Assembly: GCA_030704615.1 (NCBI GenBank)
Contig: CM060731.1
Location: 30,814,001-30,878,000 of the forward strand
Reading direction: 5' to 3'
DNA length: 64,000 nucleotides
Origin: Takakia lepidozioides
Taxonomy: Eukaryota > Plantae > Bryophyta
The notes below the pieces were generated by a model. The model saw only the letters and a program-made list of their open reading frames with translations, was not told where the DNA came from and made no database searches. Both the position numbers and the translations under genes were made by a program. Positions 51,201 to 63,029 of this stretch are shown here, in pieces; positions within the stretch are counted from its first letter, which is position 1; each line of letters opens with the position of its first letter.

Positions 51201-52797
51201 ACAAGTTGTCCCCAAAACAACTTAGGTGGCAAGATACTTTGGCAGTGTTCGACGTGGATATCCAGTACAAACCGAGACGGGACAATGTGGTGGCCGATGC
51301 TTTAAGTAGAAAGCAGCAGCTCTTGTTGGTGTACAAGGGCGAGACGGCACTCCAAAAGAAATCCGGAAGGCTTCCGGAAGGATGAGCTGCGAAGTCCGTG
51401 ATGCAGGACTTGAGATGGGGGTTAAATCGCAGTTCCACTTGCAAAATGGACTGCTCCGGTATAAGCAAAAGCGTCTCTACGTGCCGAAGGGAGGGATCAG
51501 GGATAGTCTCTTGAGAGAATGCCATGATAGCCCGCTTGCGGGCCACGGTGGAGCCAAGCGCACTGCGGCACTCTTGAAGAAAGAGTATTTCTGGCCCAAA
51601 CTGAGGGAGGAGGCAGAGGAGTATGTCAAGACATGCACCACATGCCAACAAAACCGGAGCGAGTACAAAAAGCAAGCGGGGCTGTTACAACCCTTGCCGA
51701 TTCCAGAGGGGACTTGGGAAAGCGTCTCGATGGATTTCATGACTGCTATGCCGCTGTCAAAAGGATTCGATGCAATCATGGTGGTGGTAGATAGGTTCAG
51801 TAAAATGGGCCATTTCATCCCCACCAAGGAGACGGCAACGGCGCAGGAGACAGGGCGACTTTACTTCGCCCACGTCTTAAAGCATCATGGAGTCCCGAAG
51901 GATATTGTCTCGGACCGCGATCCAAAGTTTACGAGTAAATTCTAGAGAGCACTTTGGAAGAAGATGGGGACGAGGCTGAAGATGAGCACCGCCTTCCGAC
52001 CTACGACGGACGGCCAAACGGAAAGAGTGAATTCCGTAGTGAAGCAATTCTTGCGGAATTACGTGTCGGCAGACCAATCAGACTGGATGGAACACTTAGA
52101 CGCGGCAGAGTTCTGTTATAATAACACAGAACACTCCGCAACGGGAGTTTCCCCTTTCGTGTTGGTCTATGGAAAAGCACCTCTGGTGCCGACAAGTTGG
52201 GCCGCCCAGGACGTTGAGGAACCGGCAGTAGCGGCGGTACTGGAAGAACGCGAGCGTTTGTTGAAGCTCGCAAAGTACAATATTGCCAAAGCTAGGAAAC
52301 GGTATGAAAGGCAGGCGAATCGGAAGCAGAGGGAAGTGAAGTTTGAGGCAGGCACAGAGGTCTGGTTGAACATCAAGAATTTCCGACTACCTCCGGAAGT
52401 GAGTCCGAAGTTCATGCCTCCGTATGCGGGACCCTTTCGCATTCGGAAGGTTATGAATGAGGATGTGTATGAATTGGAGCTGCCGGCAAACAGCAAGGTG
52501 CACCCAATATTCCATGTCTCCCTTTTGAAGCCTTACTTCAAAGATGAAGCGCGTCCGAATCGGCATCAAGTGTTGCGTCCGCCACCTATGCTGTTGGATC
52601 ATGAAAATGAACCTGAGTACGAGGTGGAGGCAATACTTAAGTCGAGGAGGTTCAGGAACCGAGAAACGGAGTATCTCGTCAAATGGAAGGGCTATCATCA
52701 TGTGGAGGCATCTTGGGTGCGTGCCTCAGAAATGGGAAACGCATCCGAGGCGGTTGCAGCGTTCGAAGGGCGACCTCAAAAGCGGAAGAAGCGTTGA
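48245..52797 (+). pseudogene. gag-pol polyprotein with chromodomain, disrupted
   Basis: CFNCGEPGHMAKKC knuckle; LVDTGASHSF protease; [17 protein letters not shown]; RH TDASDFAIG; IN SMDF..VVDRFSK..SDRD..GQTER; chromodomain YEVEAILKSR..YLVKWKGY..SW. Stops or frameshifts near 49664, 50555, 51210, 51383 and 51943. Confidence 0.93.
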
Positions 52798-53702
52798 TGG
52801 GGACATCAACCTTGGAGCGTGGGGGAGGAAATGCATGCTTAGCCCGGTTTAGCTAGCTCAGGAATCCGATTGCAAAAACTTGTATTGTACAAAAATTTGT
52901 TATAAAGGAAATGGGTTCCAAATATTGTGCGTCCTATTGTGTTTGGAATGGTGATGCATGGTGTGGTTGGCTAGTGTGTAGAATGCATGCTAGCTTACAA
53001 AAGTGGGAGAGGTAAATTGGGTAATCGTGTGTTTGCGCAGTGCCGAAATCGGGTGACTCCCATCCAAGGGGCAAGGAAACTTGCGCCTTCTTTGGGAGTT
53101 CACGTGCTAGTGCGCACCTGGCGCGTGCGCGTACTATAACTGCGCTACCGAGGGGGTTGCCTTGTAGTGCGGGCTAACGTGGAAGCTACGTGCTTCCGTT
53201 CACGTACTATAATCGTGTAACCTCGGGACGAAGTCGTAGTGCGGCTTCGACGTGTTCCCGTCCCTCAGGCCAGCATTCCAAGGCGGACCCAATTGTAGTG
53301 ATTGGGGCGCATGGTTGGTTCAAGGTTATCTTCCTAGTCAAAGAGGGTTCCAGGTGAACCCTTGCTCAAGGTGATGCCAAAAGTGGCATCATGAGCGATC
53401 GCAAGCAATGTTGTTGCAGTAAGGCGATTCGATCCTCGGGGAGGATCGTTCCTTGGCCTTGAAGTAGGCCAAGAAGAGTGCACTGGGAGGACCTGGAGAG
53501 GCTCCACCCTTGGCCGGGACTTGGAGGAAGTCGGCCGAACTAGCTAGTGGAGAGTAGAATCAAGTGTGGAGTTTGGTTACTTACCATGGGACGCCATGGT
53601 ACAGAAACAAACTCCTTGATGTGGGACGCCACAACTTGGATGTTCGTTTCTACAAAATGGACAAGTCGATGAGGACATCGACTCCCTGTTGGTAGGGGTG
53701 TG

Positions 53703-54430
53703 TGTCGCGGCCCTTTGCCTTGAGGGCAGGGGGTCGGGACACATGAGGGGCTGCCCCTGTGGTGGGGGCAGCGGCAACGATAGGTATGGGGGGGCTGAAG
53801 GCACCCTTGAGTGCCCAAGGCACTCAGGGAAGCGGAGGCGCTCACTAGGTGGAGCCCCGCACACCGGGTTGCGGTGGGGGTGGCTCCACAAGGGGTGGTG
53901 GTAGCTTAGTGGGACTTAGTGGGGGTGGCATAGGACTCACCATGGGGGCAGAGACCTCGTGGTGGGAGTCGTGGGGAGTCTTGGGACTCATCACGGTCCA
54001 TAGGGGCCGTGGTGAGCGGGCCAAGACTCACCGCGACTCACCACCGGGAATCGAGGGTCTTCGTGGTGGTTCGCCATAAAATGGCATGGCTGGTTGTGAA
54101 ACCCCCGCGGACAGCTACAGAAGTATATATAGGGAGTAGTAACCCCGAGAACGGTGCAAGCCCGTTGGTGACCAAAAACTAGTGAGTAAGCGAGCGAGCC
54201 GGAAAGCGACCAAAGAGTGGGGAGCTGTTCCGGACTGCCATCTACCAAAGGGAATTCTCCTAGTCCCAATTAGGTGGAGGGTTCTAGAGGGAAGCGAAAG
54301 GGGACCGTTATGTCCCGGTGAGCAGCCGAAGCTCCAAGTTGGCCCGGCGGCCAGGTTGGGAGTCAGGCGCGCGCATCAAAGCGAGTAACTATGACTTGAA
54401 GGGGAGTTTACCAAATTGAGGTGCGCGACA
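53703..54430 (+). repeat. 3' LTR (728 bp)
   Basis: Preceded by PPT-like GGTAGGGGTGTG; followed by TSD GTGAG. Confidence 0.95.
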
Positions 54431-55169
54431 GTGAGCCCTGGGAGAAGAGAGTAAAAGAGATTCTCAAGGATCTGAATCTGGACCCGCAAGTCTTGACCTT
54501 GCTGGATAAACCTGACTTAGAGAGTGTAGTGTCCAAAGCCATGTTTGTTACCAGAAAATTGTCCGATGAAAATGAAGTTAGGAAGAAAACTTCCCTGAAC
54601 CTGTTTCCAGTCTGTGACATGGGGGAGGACATCATGGATGCGCTCAAGGGTCTATCCCACTCTAGGCACCAGACCTAAATTTAAAGTCAAGGCAGGAAGA
54701 CTACCTTTGAACAGTAAAAAGAAGCAGAGAGGAAAGGGAGAGTGAAATTTCCCTGACGTACCTCTACTGCTGCTGGTGCTTGAAGCGAGCTGGCGTGGCG
54801 AGCTGTTGCGGTGCTGTCGCGGCTGCCAGCGGCGCGGGTCCCCGCCGCTGCAGGGCGTCTCTCCCCCGCTCACCATGGCTCTCTCTCTCTCTTCAGCTCG
54901 TTAGAGCGCGCCTCTGCGCGGCGTTCCTACCACACAGAGAGAAAGACATCAGCCCGTGCTTAGGGCAAGAATAAAAGACAGAAAGTGAGGGAGGAGGCGG
55001 TGCTTACCTTGGGCGTTGGAGCGGCGTTGGGGCAAACTCCTTGGGGCCTTGCGACCACCTCGGGCTCAGCAGCAGGTGCGTTTCTCCTCTACCCTAAACC
55101 CCACTCTCTGAACTACCTCTCTCCCAAAGAACAAACGAAAAAGGGAGGGGAAAGAGATGCTTCAAGCAC

Positions 55170-55503
55170 TTAGGGGAAAAAAAGGGCGCGGCGCCCACGT
55201 GCGACGCCCGGCCGTCAAACGCCTGCGCCCGCCCTTTTTTTGAAATGTAAAAGTGAAGTTTGCGATGGCTGGCCGTCGTTTCTTGCGACCCCCGGCCATA
55301 AATATAAAAAAACACGTCGCCCCCCGCGACGGCTGTCCGTCGCGGGGTGTGACCCCTAGGTAAAAAACAAAAAAAAACTCGTCGTCCAATGCGACGCCAG
55401 GGTGTCGCAGGGGGCGATGGCCAGCCTTTCTGGATTTAGGGTTTAGGGCCTTTTGGATTTCTTAGTTTTTATTTATTTTATTTATTTTTTCATATGGTAC
55501 TGG
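55170..55503. mobile_element. CACTA subterminal region (continues at 63034 after the LTR insertion)
   Basis: TGCGAC/GTCGC repeats. CATATGGTACTGG + GTTAGGGTGTTTG across the insertion matches 22106-22145. Confidence 0.7.
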
Positions 55504-57664
55504 TGTAGTGTGAAAAGAAGGGGGCATGTATCCCCTTCTGTCTAATCCTAATCTAGTTCTTAGTGCAAGGTCTTGTTGTTATCCTGGTTCTCCCACACAG
55601 GTTGGCTACATCCATGTTGTTTATGATCAGAGTTCATGAAGCCCTCATCCACGCCGCAGCGGAAGAGAAGACATGGATGGGACAAGTGAAGGTGTTTCCT
55701 GCATAGTGCAACAGGCCTGACTAGGGTTCTGTCTTGCACCAGCTTAGTTTTCATGCTGATATAGTCACTCAAACAGCTTACCAGTGGGTTAATGACAGCC
55801 TATGAGTTCACCATTTGCATGTAGCATCTACATTGAACCCCCTTTGTTGTCATGCAATCACCGAAAGTGCAAGGCAACATGTATCTACCATACAGTGCAG
55901 GTCTGATATTTCTATCCAACTCATGGTCTTTCCTTTATCTCTCAACTGACCCTCCTCTCATCATTCTTTTGCTGAGCGCTTCCCAATGTTTTATCTCCCT
56001 TTTCTGATGCAAGTGCCCATATTGGACCAAACAACCCTTCTATCACCATTCCCAATTGACATGCATCATCTCTTATCCTCTCTACACCATTCTGGTTTGA
56101 AGCCCAGACCACCACTCCATTTCATTTTCAAAAACCCTTTTTCCTCTATCACATGTCTCTATCCTTTTCCCTTCTATCAAGAGCAAGTCCTAAATCTGCC
56201 CAAAACGATTTCTAAGTCACACCCAAAAAGGAAGCATCCTATGTTTGAGAGCTGACTTCCCAACTTCTTGCAGCACTCCACACAACTTCCACCCTACCTC
56301 ACTTTCTCTCTACCACCAGGACTGGTATGAATTCCAGAAGTCTCCATTCCATTTGCCAAAATCTTTTTCTATCTCCCTCATCTCTATTGAGAGTCTCTCT
56401 AGCAAAATTCCATAGCAACTATCCCTAAGTCAGAGAGGGGCCTTGCATCTATGAACTTAGCTCTCTTATACTCCAGCTGAAGCGGTGGGATCGCCTGCCT
56501 GAAATGGCACCTCACCATCTCTGTCAGCAGCTCCCCTAACTCCTCTTGTCGTTTGAATGCCACGTTGTAAAAACAAAGATCTATGCATGTCAGATCCTGT
56601 CATTGCTCTGCCACTCCACCTTCAGATATTTCGTCGATTCAAGCGTTCCGTGAGTCTTGACAGCTCTGTTTCAACCTATGGCAGTAACCTTGTTGCTTGC
56701 CAACTAACTACCCTATCCTACCATCTCTGCTAATCTACCCTAAGATCTGATGTGATAACAAGAAGACAGTCATTATCTGAAAGCTTCATGCTCTACATAT
56801 TTCACTCTTTGCTTCTTTATTTACAGATAACCTGTATCACTGTCCACAAGCCGATGCCCTCATTCTGGCGATTGCACCATTTCACAAGTGGTCAAGTCAG
56901 TAATCCCATCTCTGCCCTTGATCTGGCAGCAATTGCTTCTCCACAAGTGCAGCTTTCTATAATTGCACATGAATGCAATGGCGGCGGTATCAGTTTGCAC
57001 ACCCTACCTCTGGCAGATGCCCGTCATGATGGAGCTGCTCCATCATCTTAACTAGCCTTTGATCAAGTCGGCAACCCCACCTTCCTATTCCCTGGCAGCA
57101 GGCTGTTTCCCTTGCAAGTTCATCCTCCTTGTCATCGTGGTTATGAGAGTAACGACGGCACTGCCGCCCCTCCACCGAGCTGCTTTCCCCGCAACTCCTA
57201 CACCTTCAGCGGTCAAATCACATGAAGCACCGCCTCTATGCCTTCATTACTTCTGTCAGTAGTACATGATATTACTTCCCTTGCCCTTGATGAATCGTCC
57301 TGCAGCACTTCCTCTCTTCAAAGCCATGAAACGATTACTGCACCGCCTCCCTTCTCCTGGCTTGAGCAAAATTACCTAGCTGTTCCCTGCACGATTACCC
57401 TCCAGCAAGCCCTAAGCTTCCTCGACCCGCATTTCTAAGGTAATCACCAGCGATGAAAGCCATTCATCCTATGGATGAAAAGGCATATTTCATGACTTAG
57501 CCACATTTTGTCCTGGCAGAGCAATAGCATAGTGTGCCCATGGAATTACCTGTAGGCATGGATAGTTCCCTCCCGTTATTAGTACCAGGGCACTCCCTTT
57601 GTAGTAATGCCGGATCCTGATGCCAAGCAAAATTTCACTGTCACTCCCCTGCATTCACACTACA
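55504..57664 (-). repeat. 3' LTR (2161 bp)
   Basis: Direct repeat of 60878-63029 plus 9 extra terminal nt (55504-55512). Confidence 0.95.
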
Positions 57665-57684
57665 TATGTAGTGTGTCTCCCCTT

Positions 57685-60600
57685 TCAAGTGTCAGGGTCC
57701 TCACTGACCACCTTTACCGGCTGAACACCTACTGGTGGTATGAAAGGTTTCAAGTCGTGCCTTCTTCTCACCCATTCCCTGCCTGCTTTATCTTTCAGCC
57801 TACACCATCGGCCAGCTTCCCTTCCAGGATCATAAGGTACTCCCAACAGGTACATTGTGTTGATTCCCTTTCTTTTTCTGCTCCAGCTATCTTGGAGAGG
57901 TCCGTCTGTGATATTGTTTCTGATTGGCTTGCCTTGGCCTCCAGCAAAGGAAAGCCCCTCTCTGCTCATAATCTTCAAGGCCACTTCTGTCTGGCTGGTG
58001 CAAGCAGTGTTGTTCTCAAGCTGACACCACCATCTGGTTTCCATGTAGCTTATCATGCCAATTTCATGGCCTTCCTCCTTGGCCATAATTTTCGTGCTCC
58101 ATCCCTGAGCTTGCATCGTCGTCCAGCCCTTCCTGTTCAAGTGACAGCGTCCCGACGGTCCATCTTTTCCGCCGGCCAGAGCAATTCCAATTTGTGACAA
58201 TACCTTCTTCCTCTTCTTGTTCATCATGCCAGGCAGGTCCTGATCTCCTTCCCCTACAAACCAGCGTTTCCCAATTTTGTTGTTGCTCCCTGGCTCCTTG
58301 TTTTGAATCTCAGCTATCACTTGTGCTCCCATCGACATTCGCACCTTTCGTGCTGCCTCATTTCCTTCCTGCTCCATTTGTTGAAACAGTTGTGGGGTCT
58401 GTCCTTCAGAGCCATGCTGTGCATAACCTGCAATCATTTCTCTCCATGACCCCACTTTTTTGTGAGACATATTGTCCCACATGTGTTGTGCACCCTTCAT
58501 GCTTCCACGTTTGGCATACCTGTCAACAATGGCAGTATCCATAATGATATCTGGTGCAATACCAGATTTGATACTGTCATCATGGACCTCTTCGCCTTTT
58601 ACCAGGTCTGTCAGGTTCGCACATGCATTCAACACACACAGGAACGTCACCTGTTTGGGCTTCTCTCCTTCATACAACACCACCGAGTCACCCTTTTCAC
58701 GACCTTCTCCACTTCTTTCCTCAATTAAACTGTCACTTGGTGGAGCGGCTGTTCCAGAGCTGCTCTGCTCTTGCTTTTTCAGCTCCATAGGCTGCAGATT
58801 ACTCTCTACAGAGACGTGACTTGTATTGAGCTGCCTCCCACACAAGACATGCAGCTCCTTCACTTCAATGCTTGAGTTTGCACTGAGCATTCTCAGATCT
58901 CCTTGTGTACCCGGATCCCATACACTTTGCTGGGCACAGTTCATTGGCTGACCTCTGAACGTTATCAGGTCAACCAGGGTTTTCTCAGCAGAAAGGCCAA
59001 CCTTCTCTTTCTGATCCCTATGCATCCTCTCCATCCCAAGATGCATCTCTCTAAGAGAGTCAAACTTTGCTGCTAGTTTCCCCATTTTCCACAACAAGAG
59101 TGTTGAACCGTGAGAAGATTTCAAATCTTTCTTGTGAACGGTACTCAAATCTCCCATCCTTTGTTTTGTGGGTGGGAATTCAAGTATCCTTGTATCAACA
59201 TCTACAGTTTCAAGGGCTGGAGAGACACTCTGGCTTTTGGCACGACCTGGTGATTTCAGCGGACTCACATCTGATCCCAAGTTGTCATGCAAGCTGATGT
59301 CTCTTGTGCACTCAACCAACATCCACTTGGACATACCATCTTCCTTGTCATCCTTCTCATGTGCTATATTGGTCGTATGTCCTCCTTTACTTGAGTGTTC
59401 CGAACTCCTTTTGTATTCAGGTTCATTGTCCTCCTTTGTCTTGCATTGCGCACATCTCACTCCTCCCATTCCCAATTGGTGTCCACATGTGTGTCTTTCT
59501 TTACACTCCATATGACCCTTCTTGGATGAACAAAAGGCAGTGACCTGCCCATCTACATAGCATTGGTCGTCCAACTGAAACTTCCTACTTCTGAACTCTT
59601 CTTCACTCAATAAATTTTGACCACACAACCCTTGCACGTTGTCGTTGATGACATCAAGATTTTTGTATATTGGTGTGGTGGCGGTATCATGATCAAGACA
59701 ATCATCCCTTGCTTCTAACTCTTGCTTGGTTCCACATTTTTTCCGCATGTCTTGCTCTATCTCCAACTGTGCATCCTTTATGTCTGATTCCAGAGGTGCA
59801 TCTTGATCCAGACCCTTTCTCGTTTGAGCGAGCAATGTACACTCTTCCTCTACCCATCCCATCAGATCTGCCCCCGACTTCTTGTCATCTTTCTCTCCCA
59901 TGCCACTCACTCCACAGGTTGTACCACTATTGCTTGGGGAGTTGGTGGTGCTATGCCCAGACTCCTCAAGTATGTCTTGCCCTACATGTGCCCTTGTATA
60001 AGACCTTGGGAACTGCACATGAACTTGCAACCTAGGTGTACACTCTTCATTGACACCTGATTGATCCTCTGTTGAACAAAAGATGTCTTCCATGATCTCT
60101 TCCTCTACATCACAAAACACATTCACAACGTTTGTGCCAAGAGGACTTACACATTCGAACTCCATCCTTCTGCTGCTCTTTGACTCCCATTGTTCCAACA
60201 TTTCACAGCCTGAATCTTGCATTCCACATGTTCCCATTTGCAGCCCCAGCCGGTGATTCTTTTCACTTCGGATCTGATTCTGTCTTGATGGACATGCAGT
60301 GCAATACTCTACTTGCTGCCTTGTTTTGTTCAAGTTGAGAACTCGAGGAAGCATTGCAGGGACTTCGCTGGTGTGGTTCTTCTCCCTAAAGCACCTCCGT
60401 GACATTGTTTTGTGATCTGGTATAGGTTTATGATCAATAGAACTCACAGGTGTGAACCTGTTGTGCTTATCCTTCTCAATCAGAGACAATTTCTCTTCCA
60501 TCCCTGTAACAGACTCTTCCACATTGGTATCTATCTCATCAAACTTCCTTGCTAACATCACTTCATTCTTACTTGATTGATCTTCTCCTCCAAATTTCAA

Positions 60601-60801
60601 GATTATGGCTACTTGAAAATCATGCCAGTTCATGGGCCTTGGTTTTTGTATACGATGCCAAGTATCCGCCCGTCCCTTGAGATTCAGCCATGCCGATACA
60701 AATAACTTGTGCTTATCATAGCTCCGGATTTCACCATCCCTTTTCAGATTCTGGATCCAGCTGTAAACATCCTTCCCGTAAAATGGAATGTTAGTCACCA
60801 T
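57685..60801 (-). CDS. ~1038-aa chimeric ORF: gag-like N-terminus, low-complexity middle, in-frame PLS-PPR triplet, C-terminus abutting the PPT
   Basis: PFYGKDVYSW..AWLNLKGRADTW..NWHDF..KFG (gag pattern). GEKPKQVTFLCVLNACANL..VHDDSIKSGIAPDIIMDTAIVDRYAKRGS..SWREMIAGYAQHG..LFQQMEQEG (PPR). Uninterrupted frame. Confidence 0.8.
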   Translation of the reverse strand: MVTNIPFYGKDVYSWIQNLKRDGEIRSYDKHKLFVSAWLNLKGRADTWHRIQKPRPMNWHDFQVAIILKFGGEDQSSKNEVMLARKFDEIDTNVEESVTGMEEKLSLIEKDKHNRFTPVSSIDHKPIPDHKTMSRRCFREKNHTSEVPAMLPRVLNLNKTRQQVEYCTACPSRQNQIRSEKNHRLGLQMGTCGMQDSGCEMLEQWESKSSRRMEFECVSPLGTNVVNVFCDVEEEIMEDIFCSTEDQSGVNEECTPRLQVHVQFPRSYTRAHVGQDILEESGHSTTNSPSNSGTTCGVSGMGEKDDKKSGADLMGWVEEECTLLAQTRKGLDQDAPLESDIKDAQLEIEQDMRKKCGTKQELEARDDCLDHDTATTPIYKNLDVINDNVQGLCGQNLLSEEEFRSRKFQLDDQCYVDGQVTAFCSSKKGHMECKERHTCGHQLGMGGVRCAQCKTKEDNEPEYKRSSEHSSKGGHTTNIAHEKDDKEDGMSKWMLVECTRDISLHDNLGSDVSPLKSPGRAKSQSVSPALETVDVDTRILEFPPTKQRMGDLSTVHKKDLKSSHGSTLLLWKMGKLAAKFDSLREMHLGMERMHRDQKEKVGLSAEKTLVDLITFRGQPMNCAQQSVWDPGTQGDLRMLSANSSIEVKELHVLCGRQLNTSHVSVESNLQPMELKKQEQSSSGTAAPPSDSLIEERSGEGREKGDSVVLYEGEKPKQVTFLCVLNACANLTDLVKGEEVHDDSIKSGIAPDIIMDTAIVDRYAKRGSMKGAQHMWDNMSHKKVGSWREMIAGYAQHGSEGQTPQLFQQMEQEGNEAARKVRMSMGAQVIAEIQNKEPGSNNKIGKRWFVGEGDQDLPGMMNKKRKKVLSQIGIALAGGKDGPSGRCHLNRKGWTTMQAQGWSTKIMAKEEGHEIGMISYMETRWWCQLENNTACTSQTEVALKIMSREGLSFAGGQGKPIRNNITDGPLQDSWSRKRKGINTMYLLGVPYDPGREAGRWCRLKDKAGREWVRRRHDLKPFIPPVGVQPVKVVSEDPDT

Positions 60802-60877
60802 TGCTCGCAATCACTCCCCTATCTTGCTACACTAAATCCTACATTTCCCGGATCAAAGACCGGCCTGCTCTGATACC

Positions 60878-63029
60878 AAAAGAAGGGGGCATATATCCCC
60901 TTCTGTCTAATCCTAATCTAGTTCTTAGTGCAAGGTCTTGTTGTTATCCTGGTTCTCCCACACAGGTTGGCTACATCCATGTTGTTTATGATCAGAGTTC
61001 ATGAAGCCCTCATCCACGCCGCAGCGGAAGAGAAGACATGGATGGGACAAGTGAAGGTGTTTCCTGCATAGTGCAACAGGCCTGACTAGGGTTCTGTCTT
61101 GCACCAGCTTAGTTTTCATGCTGATATAGTCACTCAAACAGCTTACCAGTGGGTTAATGACAGCCTATGAGTTCACCATTTGCATGTAGCATCTACATTG
61201 AACCCCCTTTGTTGTCATGCAATCACCGAAAGTGCAAGGCAACATGTATCTACCATACAGTGCAGGTCTGATATTTCTATCCAACTCATGGTCTTTCCTT
61301 TATCTCTCAACTGACCCTCCTCTCATCATTCTTTTGCTGAGCGCTTCCCAATGTTTTATCTCCCTTTTCTGATGCAAGTGCCCATATTGGACCAAACAGC
61401 CCTTCTATCACCATTCCCAATTGACATGCATCATCTCTTATCCTCTCTACACCATTCTGGTTTGAAGCCCAGACCACCACTCCACTTCATTTTCAAAAAC
61501 CCTTTTTCCTCTATCACATGTCTCTATCCTTTTCCCTTCTATCAAGAGCAAGTCCTAAATCTGCCCAAAACGATTTCTAAGTCACACCCAAAAAGGAAGC
61601 ATCCTATGTTTGAGAGCTGACTTCCCAACTTCTTGCAGCACTCCACACAACTTCCACCCTACCTCACTTTCTCTCTACCACCAGGACTGGTATGAATTCC
61701 AGAAGTCTCCATTCCATTTGCCAAAATCTTTTTCTATCTCCCTCATCTCTATTGAGAGTCTCTCTAGCAAAATTCCATAGCAACTATCCCTAAGTCAGAG
61801 AGGGGCCTTGCATCTATGAACTTAGCTCTCTTATACTCCAGCTGAAGCGGTGGGATCGCCTGCCTGAAATGGCACCTCACCATCTCTGTCAGCAGCTCCC
61901 CTAACTCCTCTTGTCGTTTGAATGCCACGTTGTAAAAACAAAGATCTATGCATGTCAGATCCTGTCATTGCTCTGCCACTCCACCTTCAGATATTTCGTC
62001 GATTCAAGCGTTCCGTGAGTCTTGACAGCTCTGTTTCAACCTATGGCAGTAACCTTGTTGCTTGCCAACTAACTACCCTATCCTACCATCTCTGCTAATC
62101 TACCCTAAGATCTGATGTGATAACAAGAAGACAGTCATTATCTGAAAGCTTCATGCTCTACATATTTCACTCTTTGCTTCTTTATTTACAGATAACCTGT
62201 ATCATTGTCCACAAGCCGATGCCCTCATTCTGGCGATTGCACCATTTCACAAGTGGTCAAGGCAGTAATCCCATCTCTGCCCTTGATCTGGCAGCAATTG
62301 CTTCTCCACAAGTGCAGCTTTCTATAATTGCACATGAATGCAATGGCGGCGGTATCAGTTTGCACACCCTACCTCTGGCAGATGCCCGTCATGATGGAGC
62401 TGCTCCATCATCTTAACTAGCCTTTGATCAAGTCGGCAACCCCACCTTCCTATTCCCTGGCAGCAGGCTGTTTCCCTTGCAAGTTCATCCTCCTTGTCAT
62501 CGTGGTTATGAGAGTAACGACGGCACTGCCGCCCCTCCACCGAGCTGCTTTCCCCGCAACTCCTACACCTTCAGCGGTCAAATCACATGAAGCACCGCCT
62601 CTATGCCTTCATTACTTCTGTCAGTAGTACATGATATTACTTCCCTTGCCCTTGATGAATCGTCCTGCAGCACTTCCTCTCTTCAAAGCCATGAAACGAT
62701 TACTGCACCGCCTCCCTTCTCCTGGCTTGAGCAAAATTACCTAGCTGTTCCCTGCACGATTACCCTCCAGCAAGCCCTAAGCTTCCTCGACCCGCATTTC
62801 TAAGGTAATCACCAGCGATGAAAGCCATTCATCCTATGGATGAAAAGGCATATTTCATGACTTAGCCACATTTTGTCCTGGTAGAGCAATAGCATAGTGT
62901 GCCCATGGAATTACCTGTAGGCATGGATAGTTCCCTCCCGTTATTAGTACCAGGGCACTCCCTTTGTAGTAATGCCGGATCCTGATGCCAAGCAAAATTT
63001 CACTGTCACTCCCCTGCATTCACACTACA
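60878..63029 (-). repeat. 5' LTR (2152 bp), lacking the terminal CACACTACA next to the PBS
   Basis: Direct repeat of 55513-57664; abuts the PBS directly. Confidence 0.95.

Larger units (their letters stand above)
47464..54430 (+). mobile_element. Full-length chromoviral Ty3/Gypsy retrotransposon (Galadriel/Tcn1-like)
   Basis: LTRs 47464-48189 and 53703-54430 (TGTCGCG..CGCGACA). PBS TGGTATCAGAGC (tRNA-Met) 48192-48203. 5-bp TSD GTGAG at 47459-47463 and 54431-54435. Order gag-PR-RT-RH-IN-chromodomain. Confidence 0.97.
55504..63029 (-). mobile_element. Young non-autonomous LTR retroelement with ~2.15-kb LTRs and one long ORF, no pol
   Basis: Termini TGTAGTGTGAA..TTCACACTACA. 4-bp TSD CTGG at 55500-55503 and 63030-63033. 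PBS TGGTATCAGAGC (minus, 60867-60878). PPT GAAAGGGGAGA (minus, 57676-57686). Repeats differ at only about 6 positions. Confidence 0.95.

Noticed and set aside
55504-55512. TAGTG/CACTA motifs at 55506-55510, 57658 and 63023 as CACTA transposon ends
   Set aside because: They are part of the LTR terminal inverted repeat; the 4-bp TSD, PBS and PPT define an LTR element.
57685-60801. env-like gene
   Set aside because: No clear signal peptide or transmembrane segment; the ORF begins with a gag-like motif right after the PBS.
55504-63029. DIRS/Ngaro tyrosine-recombinase element (split direct repeat layout)
   Set aside because: No recombinase or RT ORF. The tRNA-Met PBS, PPT, TG..CA ends and TSD indicate integrase-type insertion.
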